From Candidatus Caldarchaeum sp. (lineage in GTDB: Archaea > Thermoproteota > Nitrososphaeria_A > Caldarchaeales > Caldarchaeaceae), in NCBI GenBank assembly GCA_038890155.1, contig JAWAFZ010000010.1:1-24000 (forward strand): a DNA stretch of 24,000 nt. The letters are read 5' to 3'. A program made the position numbers and the translations under genes. Of the stretch, positions 7,740 to 14,349 are shown piece after piece; the first letter of the stretch is position 1; each line of letters opens with the position of its first letter. The notes beneath the pieces were generated by a model. It was not told where the DNA came from and did not search any database. It worked only from the letters and a program-made list of their open reading frames with translations.

Positions 7740-8725
7740 AACCCCTCGAGACAGGTTCCAACGCAGTTAGGCACAGCCAGCACCCTCGCCTCTCTAGACT
7801 TTACACGTCTCGCATACACGACCGCTTGGTCAAGAGTGTCGGCCTGCCGAGCGTTGAGAATCTTTTCAACGACCGTGGAGGGAAGCGCCGTGACCAGCAC
7901 AACTTTGTGTTTCTCGGCTACTGCCTTCCAATCCTTCCACTGCTCGACTAATTCAGAGTCTTGGACGTGCTCGCCCTTGGCGAGCTTCAGCAACCATTCC
8001 TCGCCTAATCCTTCAGAGGACTCGAACATGAAAACCACAACCTTGCCGGGCTCTAGCTTCGATACGGAGGATGCCATGTGGAGGCATGCCGAGAAACGCT
8101 TGTCGACAGGATGTCCAGGGCCTCCGACGAGCACGACGTCTGCGGGGTTGTTCGGCGAGTACTTGGACAACTCCTCAGCCCTCCGTACAGCCGTCTGGGA
8201 GACTTCCTCGAACTCGCCCACCATAACCTCGGCTACATAGCCTCCGCATCCAACTACGGGGGATACCAGCTTCAAACCGTGGCTGGGTTTTTTCCAGAGG
8301 TCTTTGGGTCCCATCACTCTTCCGCCCCAGTACACGGCAGGCGAGAATAGAAGCGTTTTGGACGGGTCTGCTTTGTCCGTCCCTGTGAATGGCTGTATCT
8401 TCTTGACTTCTGGCAACAGCTTCCTCACGTATTCATACAGGCTCTTCTCAGTTTGAGCATCAGCGTACCGCCACGATGAAACATACACCTCGACGCTAGG
8501 AAAGTTTTCGGTGCATGTCCCAACCGTCGACACCACAGCCTCGTCGTACCCGTCAACTGCGTAAACATAGTCTACGACCACAGCCTCCACCACATCTTCG
8601 AGACAACGTCTTATCTCATCGGTGTAGCCGGCATGCCTGCTTCCGGACGGGTTGAGAACTTCGACCGATTCCTCCAAGTCGGCGAATATTTCCGTGCTGC
8701 CGTACTTGAACCAGACCTCCACCAT
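7736..8725 (-). CDS. Hypothetical protein with distant LarA/DUF2088-like (lactate-racemase fold) features but without the nickel-pincer cofactor residues
   Basis: 329-aa ORF with protein-like composition. The N-terminus MVEVWFKYGSTEIFADLEESVEVLNP resembles the DUF2088 opening (..LPYG...L.L.IP....VL.P). ADVVLVGGPGHPVDKRF...EPGKVVVFMFESSEGLG and HKVVLVTALPSTVVEKI...LDQAVVYA echo LarA segments recalled from memory. GCGGYV sits where LarA has GFSGGRK, so there is no Lys. The family call is low-confidence. Confidence 0.45.
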   Translation of the reverse strand: MVEVWFKYGSTEIFADLEESVEVLNPSGSRHAGYTDEIRRCLEDVVEAVVVDYVYAVDGYDEAVVSTVGTCTENFPSVEVYVSSWRYADAQTEKSLYEYVRKLLPEVKKIQPFTGTDKADPSKTLLFSPAVYWGGRVMGPKDLWKKPSHGLKLVSPVVGCGGYVAEVMVGEFEEVSQTAVRRAEELSKYSPNNPADVVLVGGPGHPVDKRFSACLHMASSVSKLEPGKVVVFMFESSEGLGEEWLLKLAKGEHVQDSELVEQWKDWKAVAEKHKVVLVTALPSTVVEKILNARQADTLDQAVVYARRVKSREARVLAVPNCVGTCLEGF

Positions 8726-8768
8726 CCTTGTTGCCGATGGCTCAACGCCTTCTTAAAAAGCCGCCATA

Positions 8769-8780
8769 GGTTTAAAATAA
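8769..8780 (+). promoter_or_regulatory. BRE/TATA box for the nitroreductase-cofD-cofC operon
   Basis: GGTTTAAAATAA centred ~29 nt upstream of the ATG at 8803. A second TATA-like element (CTTTTTAAGAAGG on the minus strand, ~8745-8757) faces the divergent gene starting at 8725. Confidence 0.5.
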
Positions 8781-8802
8781 GAACGCAGAGGCTGATCTAT
8801 GG

Positions 8803-9429
8803 ATGGGTTCGGAGGTTTTCCTGAGCTTTCTTAAGAGTCGAAGGACTTCGAAGATGCTCGGGGCTGGACATGTGCCGGCCGAGGTGGTTGTGAAGGCTGT
8901 TGAGGCGGGTGTGTGGGCTGCGAACGCTCATGGATATCAGCCTTGGAGGTTTGTCGTCGTCGACGATGAGAGTGTTAAGGAGCGGCTGCTGGATGAAATG
9001 GGGAGGGATTGGCTGGAGGACTTGACCGGCGACGGCATGGAGCGTAGCAAGGCTGAGAAAATAGTGGAGATATCTAAAAACAGAAGCCGTCGAGCGGCTT
9101 TCCTCATAATCGCATGCCTGAGCATGAAGGACATGGATGTTTACTGGGACAGCCGTCGGAGCAGGCTAGAATACGTGATGGGCGTCCAGAGCGTCGCAGC
9201 AGCTGTACAGAACATCCTGCTGGCGGTCCACGGCCTTGGATACGGCTCTTGCTGGAGATGCTCGCCCCTGTTTGCTCAGAATGCTGTGAGGAGGGTTCTG
9301 GGAATTCCACCGGACGTCGAGCCCCAGGCGATGGTTGAGGTAGGACTCAGGGGAGGTGAGACGTCTGGACTTCGTAAGCCTCTCGGTGAAGTTGCTTTCT
9401 TGAATAAATGGGGTAATCCGTTATGCTGA
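8803..9429 (+). CDS. Nitroreductase-fold flavoprotein resembling the C-terminal domain of FbiB (dehydro-F420-0 reductase-like)
   Basis: Nitroreductase signatures are present: SRRTSKML, AANAHGYQPWRFVVV, GLGYGSCW. Stretches such as PWRFVVVDDESVKERLLDEMGRDWLEDLTGDGM and AAAVQNILLAVHGLGYGSCW...DVEPQAMVEVG parallel my recollection of the Mycobacterium FbiB C-terminal domain. The stop overlaps the cofD ATG by 7 nt. Confidence 0.75.
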   Translation: MGSEVFLSFLKSRRTSKMLGAGHVPAEVVVKAVEAGVWAANAHGYQPWRFVVVDDESVKERLLDEMGRDWLEDLTGDGMERSKAEKIVEISKNRSRRAAFLIIACLSMKDMDVYWDSRRSRLEYVMGVQSVAAAVQNILLAVHGLGYGSCWRCSPLFAQNAVRRVLGIPPDVEPQAMVEVGLRGGETSGLRKPLGEVAFLNKWGNPLC

Positions 9430-10355
9430 CCGCCTTGGCTGGAGGCGTTGGTGCTACGAAGCTGTTGGTCGGGCTGAAGCATGCTATGGGCCTTGAGCGT
9501 GGGGCTGCGGTGGTCAACACGGGGGACGACGAGGTTTTCTACGGGCTTCACGTCTCTCCCGACTTGGACACGGTTGTGTACGGCCTGGCGGGACTGGGCG
9601 ACGCTGAGCGGGGATGGGGAGTCTTGGGCGACAGCTTCACCGCCTTGGAGATGCTTGGAAAGCTGGGCTGCGAAACATGGTTCAAGCTGGGCGACAGAGA
9701 CTTGGCGGTAAGCCTGTACAGGACTATGAGGATGATGGAGGGTGCTTCCCTTACGCAGGCTACTGAGGAGATTGCCACCAAGCTGGGTGCCGGCTGGAGA
9801 GTGCTGCCCATGACAGACGACAGGGTGAAAACCATGGTCGAGACCGAGCTGGGGGTCATGCCTTTCCAGCAGTATTTCGTAAAGCATGGACACAGGCTGA
9901 GCGTGAGGAGGATAATCTTTGAGGGTGTTGAATCAGCCAGTCCGACCCAGGCAGTCCTACAGGCAATCGACACAGCCGACTACGTGGTCCTCAGCCCGAG
10001 CAACCCCCTCGTAAGCATATCTCCCATACTGTCGCTCAAGGGTGTTAGAGAGAGGCTCAGGAGAGTTGAGGCGAAGATACTGGCTGTCAGCCCCTTCGTG
10101 GGAGGCCGTGCGTTGAAGGGACCTGCCGCGAGCATGATGGTTGACCTAGGTCTTGACCCGTCTCCGGCGGGAGTGGCGAGGCTCTACGGCGACTTCCTCG
10201 ATGTTTTGGTGTTCGACATCGCTGACTCCTCGTACGTTGAAGAGGTGAGGGCTTTGGGGGTCAAGCCTGTTGCCGCTAAGACTGTGATGAATACTCTGGA
10301 AGACAAGGTTCTTCTGGCTAGGACGGTTCTCCGGGAGCTGGGAGCGGTTAGTTGA
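9423..10355 (+). CDS. cofD: 2-phospho-L-lactate transferase (LPPG:FO transferase), F420 biosynthesis
   Basis: 310 aa. The N-terminal LTALAGGVGATKLLVGL glycine-rich motif, the SPSNPLVSISPIL motif and the overall length are typical of CofD/FbiA. Overlaps both neighbours (7 nt and 4 nt). Confidence 0.9.
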   Translation: MLTALAGGVGATKLLVGLKHAMGLERGAAVVNTGDDEVFYGLHVSPDLDTVVYGLAGLGDAERGWGVLGDSFTALEMLGKLGCETWFKLGDRDLAVSLYRTMRMMEGASLTQATEEIATKLGAGWRVLPMTDDRVKTMVETELGVMPFQQYFVKHGHRLSVRRIIFEGVESASPTQAVLQAIDTADYVVLSPSNPLVSISPILSLKGVRERLRRVEAKILAVSPFVGGRALKGPAASMMVDLGLDPSPAGVARLYGDFLDVLVFDIADSSYVEEVRALGVKPVAAKTVMNTLEDKVLLARTVLRELGAVS

Positions 10356-10936
10356 AATGCTATGCCGTCTTGCCTGTCAAGAGGCTGGAGGACGCCAAGA
10401 CGAGGCTGCGTACAGCCTTGTCGGGGGCTGAGAGGCGGAGGCTGGTTTTACGGCTTTTAGTCAGGACCGGTGTTCTCTGCGAGGCTGCTGGGTTGGAGGT
10501 CCTCGTTGTGTCGAGCGACCCCGATGTTGAGAAAGCCTCGGACAGACGTGGATGGAGGCTGGTCGACGACTCGGGCCTGGGTCTTAACCCTTCGATACGG
10601 AGAGCTTTAAAATCCCTGACGCATGCTCCAGTCCTGATTGTGCTGCCCGACCTGCCGCTTTTGAGCTTAGCTAGCATCGAGGCTGTGCTAAGCATCGGCG
10701 GGGGTAAAGGCTGCGTCGTATGCCCCGACCTGAGGCTAAAGGGTTCTAACATGCTTTACCATTTTGACGGAGGAAGCCTCTTCCCGATGTTCGGGGCCGA
10801 CAGCTACCGGCGTCATCTGGCAAGCCTGAGCCGGCGTTTCCCTACAAAGACCTACGTCGAGCTCGGGACGGCGCTCGACCTAGACAAGCCCAGCGACCTA
10901 CTTCTTCTTTCTAGGCTTTCTCCGACTCCTGTTTAG
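10352..10936 (+). CDS. cofC: 2-phospho-L-lactate (or PEP) guanylyltransferase, F420 biosynthesis
   Basis: 194 aa with the CofC/FbiD patterns AVLPVKRLEDAKTRL, VLIVLPDLPLL, GSNML...FGADSYRRH and DLDKPSDL. TTG start (10352) overlaps the cofD TGA (gTTGA). Confidence 0.85.
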   Translation: MKCYAVLPVKRLEDAKTRLRTALSGAERRRLVLRLLVRTGVLCEAAGLEVLVVSSDPDVEKASDRRGWRLVDDSGLGLNPSIRRALKSLTHAPVLIVLPDLPLLSLASIEAVLSIGGGKGCVVCPDLRLKGSNMLYHFDGGSLFPMFGADSYRRHLASLSRRFPTKTYVELGTALDLDKPSDLLLLSRLSPTPV

Positions 10937-12247
10937 CACGAAGACAGTTAGGACGAGGAAGAGGGGAATTAGGAGAAGCAGCTCTGTGAGGAGGGAGAGG
11001 ACCGTCTGCCCCTGTGGTGGAGCTTCAGGCGTTGTGGCTATGGTTATTGAAGGGGAGGTGGTGGAGGTTCTGTAGTCGAGCTCTCCGACCTTCTGGTATA
11101 CGTTGTTGCCTGCCACGTCTGTTGCGTTGACGTAGAGCTCAACTCTAGACACCTCGGCAGACTGTCTGTACACGCCCGTGAAAATTTCGCCTCTCTGAAC
11201 CATGTCGAACTCCTTGAAGGCCGCTACGTAGATTCCAGTGTACTCGACCGCGACGAGCTTTACGGAGGCTAAGTCTTGCTCAGGGTCTGAAACCCTCACC
11301 CTAACTTCAGCCGAACCATCCTGAAGCCTGTTCACCAGCCAGTTGGACACCGTTGGTGTTCTCGAGTCGTAGATGAAACCAATCTTGTTAGAAATGGAGT
11401 CGAGGAACCATATCCTAGATTGGGCCCCGGCTGCGACGGAGCTGGGCGACGCTGAGGCGAGGCTTGACTCTCTGTAGCCTGTCTGGTCGACTACGCCGAC
11501 CACTCTTCTGGACACGCTGGAGTAGACAAGCTTGTCTCCAATCACGGCCGTCGAGGAGGGGAAGGTCGCTCGGGGGAGGGATGTTCTCTGTACGATGGAC
11601 CCGCCTGAAACCTTAAGCACGTTGTCGTTGTTCAATACCAGCCAAGCGGCGTTCCCAGCCGCTTCGACTCTGACGACGGAGCCCTCTACTCTGATGCTTT
11701 CGGCGACACCGTTCCTCACAACCACCAGGCTGTCCAGCGACTTGGCAACGGCCCAGACGACTCCGTCGGAGGCCGAGAGATAGTTAAGCCCGTCAGCCAC
11801 GTCCACGTCGTAGTTCTCCAGAACCGTCAACCTCTCAGGATCTAGTTTAACTACTGTCCGTGCTGCTGGGTGGGACACGTAGACGTGTCTTCCGTCCGTG
11901 GCAAGCCCTCCTGCACGCATCTCGAGGCTGTGGGTTGAAGACTGTTTAGAGGCTAGGTCTACGACGAAAAGGCTGTTCCTCGTGGAGAGAAGAGCCACGG
12001 CTTTTCCCATGGCGAACACTGTCTTGTCTACCCGGCTGGGAGCTTCAAACTCGACGTAAGAACTAATGTCCACCCTGTAAAGACCCAGAACGGGCCTGTC
12101 GGCGAAAGAGACAGCCACCCACACTCCGCCGTCCGAGTCTATCCTCGAAGGCGTTCCGCCCAGATTAACGTCAACAATCTGGGGAGGCGAAAGACCCCAT
12201 GCTGCGGGCAGGAGGGAAGCCAGCAGAAGAACAGGAACAAGCCTCAT
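10898..12247 (-). CDS. Secreted, C-terminally membrane-anchored beta-propeller-repeat surface protein (Vgb/YVTN-like blades)
   Basis: Signal peptide MRLVPVLLLASLLPAAWG. Repeated blade-like units: DSDGGVWVAV, DGRHVYVSHPAARTVVKLD, ASDGVVWAVAKSLDSLVVV, SRIWFLDSISNKIGFIYD. A Ser/Thr/Pro linker (TSTTSPSITIATTPEAPP) leads to a TM helix and a basic tail RSRRKPRKKK. A TATA-like CTTATAGAG lies ~25 nt upstream of the ATG at 12247. Confidence 0.75.
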   Translation of the reverse strand: MRLVPVLLLASLLPAAWGLSPPQIVDVNLGGTPSRIDSDGGVWVAVSFADRPVLGLYRVDISSYVEFEAPSRVDKTVFAMGKAVALLSTRNSLFVVDLASKQSSTHSLEMRAGGLATDGRHVYVSHPAARTVVKLDPERLTVLENYDVDVADGLNYLSASDGVVWAVAKSLDSLVVVRNGVAESIRVEGSVVRVEAAGNAAWLVLNNDNVLKVSGGSIVQRTSLPRATFPSSTAVIGDKLVYSSVSRRVVGVVDQTGYRESSLASASPSSVAAGAQSRIWFLDSISNKIGFIYDSRTPTVSNWLVNRLQDGSAEVRVRVSDPEQDLASVKLVAVEYTGIYVAAFKEFDMVQRGEIFTGVYRQSAEVSRVELYVNATDVAGNNVYQKVGELDYRTSTTSPSITIATTPEAPPQGQTVLSLLTELLLLIPLFLVLTVFVLNRSRRKPRKKK

Positions 12248-12288
12248 CCCGTCCTACTCCAACTAATCTCTATAAGTGTTTTTACCGA

Positions 12289-12392
12289 TGCGGCGGGCGG
12301 GATTTGAACCCGCGACTCAGGCCCGCGGCGAGCCAGCGCGCGGAACTCCCAGCGTGGCAGGCTGGTGTCCTACCAGGCTAGACGACCGCCGC
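12289..12392 (-). tRNA. tRNA-Gly(GCC): tRNA-Gly (anticodon GCC) with a 30-nt intron in the variable-loop region (about 12317-12346); no encoded CCA
   Basis: Reverse complement folded by hand. Acceptor GCGGCGG/CCGCCGC plus A. D-arm GTCT-AGCCTGGTA-GGAC. Anticodon arm CCAGC-CTGCCAC-GCTGG. Between the anticodon stem and the T-arm are 35 nt, GAGTTCCGCGCGCTGGCTCGCCGCGGGCCTGAGTC, where 5 are expected. T-arm GCGGG-TTCAAAT-CCCGC. Removing 30 nt leaves the variable loop GAGTC and a 74-nt tRNA. The intron forms a GC-rich hairpin (CCGCGCG/CGC-C-GCGG). Confidence 0.85.
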
Positions 12393-12412
12393 ACGCAACG
12401 AATGTGGTGGCA

Positions 12413-12426
12413 GAATTATTTAAACG
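12413..12426 (-). promoter_or_regulatory. TATA box for tRNA-Gly
   Basis: The minus strand reads CGTTTAAATAATTC, centred ~28 nt upstream of tRNA position 1 (12392). The same CGTTTAAATAA core occurs at 16547-16558. Confidence 0.5.
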
Positions 12427-12698
12427 ATTTCCTTGAAATACTTGAGCCGGTATCCAGCCATCCACTCCACCCTGACCTTGCAGGGAATCTAGGCCTTCCA
12501 CGAGAGCCGATGTGAAATGCGCGCGGGTCGATAGTTAAGATAACGCCGGCATATAACATTCAAGCGGGAGGTTTTAGTCTGGCCCTGCCCACGGTGAGAA
12601 AGACAACGAAGCTTGAAGCTAGGCGTAGAGAGCGATGAACTCATTTGTTGGGGACAGCCGGCCGATTAGGGTTATTGGGTTCTCAAAATTATTTGAAT

Positions 12699-13952
12699 TC
12701 AAATCTTGAAGGACTGGCCTCTTTCGGGGGATGCTGCCTCGACTCCCAGCTCTGAAGAAGCCCAGCTAGCCAGTAAGCTGCACTGCTGTGGCTCGCCGTG
12801 TATTGTGAAGACTTTGGTGCTGGACTCGATCTTCTTGAGGTAGTCGTGGAGCTGGCTTCTCCCCGCATGTCCCGAAAAACGGAACTGCTTGACCTTGCAG
12901 TTGGCCGGCTTCTCAACGCCGTCCGCTACTAGAACACCTCTGTTTAGCAGTATCTCTCCCGGGGTTCCTGGTATTTGGAAGCTTGCGAGGAAGATGGCCG
13001 ACTTCTCGTCCTCAACGACTTTGGGAGCGTAGAACATAGCAGGCCCGCCCTTAAGCATTCCTGCAGGCGAAACTATGACGCCGGGCTCGGACAAAGCGCT
13101 CTGCCTCCCACGTCTGCCATGCACTATTCTAGTTTTCCGGCTCGCCTTCTCGAGAACTTCGACTCCGTCAACGAATTTCTTATCGCTCAGGTAGAACTCC
13201 ATAGCTTTCTTAGCCATTCCGTCAAGCCAGACGGGGTGCTTGAAGTTGTGAGCAGTAAGTATGCATATAATCTCCTGAGCTCTTCCGACTGAGAAGGCTG
13301 GGACGAGGACGACACCGCCGTCGTCGACAACCTCTTTGCAGGATTTCACAAACTCTCTCTCCAGCTCTTGACGTGGCCTATGGTCCTCGTGAGCATAGGT
13401 CGACTCTATCACCACGGCGTCGACGGTTCCCAGCGTGGTGTCGGCGCCTTCAAGCAGCCTAGTCCTAACCGTTGTAAAATCTCCGGTGTACACCAGAGTT
13501 TTGTCTCCATTCACGATCACCTGTGCACTCCCCGGGATGTGGCCTGCGTCGACAAGCTCTATCTCCAAGTCTCCCACTCTGAAGGGCTCCCGGTAGAAGA
13601 CTGTCTTGGTGTTCTGCAGCATCTTGTCCATCTCCCTCCTCTCGAAGAGAAGATGGTCTCCCGAGAGCTTTATGAAATCCTGAACGAGTAGGGTTGCCGT
13701 GTCCCTCGTCATCGATGTACAGTAGAGCTTTTGTGCGTAGCTTGTGTAAAGCATGGGCAAGACGCCGGAATGGTCTAGATGGGCGTGAGTAAGTATGGCT
13801 GCGTTGAGTTTACGTGTCTCGACCGGTAGCGGGAACTCGGGATGGTCGTTCAGCATCACGCCGTAATCCAGAAGAACTCGGGTGTTTTTGTACGAGACCT
13901 CGACCGCTGACCTTCCAACCTCAAGGGTTCCGCCTAGAAACCTAACCTCCAT
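12699..13952 (-). CDS. Metallo-beta-lactamase-fold beta-CASP ribonuclease (aCPSF2 / archaeal RNase J class)
   Basis: 417 aa with the MBL motif THAHLDHSG and downstream DAGHIPGS, ESTYA and HGEP-type motifs, with length and order typical of KH-less archaeal beta-CASP RNases. TTTATGAAAG (minus strand, 13975-13984) lies ~28 nt upstream of the ATG. Confidence 0.85.
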   Translation of the reverse strand: MEVRFLGGTLEVGRSAVEVSYKNTRVLLDYGVMLNDHPEFPLPVETRKLNAAILTHAHLDHSGVLPMLYTSYAQKLYCTSMTRDTATLLVQDFIKLSGDHLLFERREMDKMLQNTKTVFYREPFRVGDLEIELVDAGHIPGSAQVIVNGDKTLVYTGDFTTVRTRLLEGADTTLGTVDAVVIESTYAHEDHRPRQELEREFVKSCKEVVDDGGVVLVPAFSVGRAQEIICILTAHNFKHPVWLDGMAKKAMEFYLSDKKFVDGVEVLEKASRKTRIVHGRRGRQSALSEPGVIVSPAGMLKGGPAMFYAPKVVEDEKSAIFLASFQIPGTPGEILLNRGVLVADGVEKPANCKVKQFRFSGHAGRSQLHDYLKKIESSTKVFTIHGEPQQCSLLASWASSELGVEAASPERGQSFKI

Positions 13953-14031
13953 TCTTTATTCCACGACTCCTTAACTTTCATAAACGGTGTTCCGTTCTGG
14001 TTTTACGAAGTCACGCCGCCTTTTATGTATA

Positions 14032-14292
14032 TTACAGGGCTGAGCCTGCAAGAAACCCTCCAAAGATGCCGAGGAAATAGCCGGCGACCCCCATGCTTAC
14101 TCCGAGGTCGAACGCCGCATCCCGCTTAAGGTAGGCTTTGAAGAAAGGCAGGGGGAACGGCGTCGCCGCCGACCCTCCCTCGTACTGCTGTGTCTTGTAA
14201 ACATCCCAGCAGAGCCAGAAACCACCAAAGGTCAAGCCTGCTCCGACGACAGACGTCAATATCCCCAGAAACTCAATCAAGTCCACTCCCAA
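14032..14292 (-). CDS. Small hypothetical membrane protein (two predicted TM helices)
   Basis: 86-aa ORF with a TTG start. Two Gly-rich hydrophobic segments (LGILTSVVGAGLTFGGFWLCW and LGVSMGVAGYFLGIFGGFLAG). It sits ~31 nt from the shared TATA at 14317-14329. No recognisable family. Confidence 0.45.
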   Translation of the reverse strand: MGVDLIEFLGILTSVVGAGLTFGGFWLCWDVYKTQQYEGGSAATPFPLPFFKAYLKRDAAFDLGVSMGVAGYFLGIFGGFLAGSAL

Positions 14293-14316
14293 TCCTCAAC
14301 ACTATCTGCTCGGCAT

Positions 14317-14329
14317 GGTTTATAATAGG
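14317..14329. promoter_or_regulatory. Quasi-palindromic TATA element shared by two divergent genes
   Basis: GGTTTATAATAGG (reverse complement CCTATTATAAACC) is the only AT-rich element in the 57-bp spacer. It is centred 27 nt from the ATG at 14350 (+) and 31 nt from the TTG at 14292 (-). Confidence 0.5.
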
Positions 14330-14349
14330 CTTATCAGGCGTAACGGTTT

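Noticed and set aside
9276-9973. Long antisense ORFs inside cofD (9276-9893, 9548-9973) and similar ones inside the Mo-hydroxylase genes (e.g. 16984-17409, 17381-17782, 18300-18905, 20889-21290)
   Set aside because: Each is antisense to, or out of frame with, a gene that has strong family motifs. Their products are Arg/Pro/Ser-rich. They are expected shadow ORFs at this GC content.
12199-12515. Track ORFs 12199-12381 (+) and 12276-12515 (+)
   Set aside because: They overlap the surface-protein start and the whole tRNA-Gly gene on the opposite strand. They are artefacts of the GC-rich tRNA sequence.
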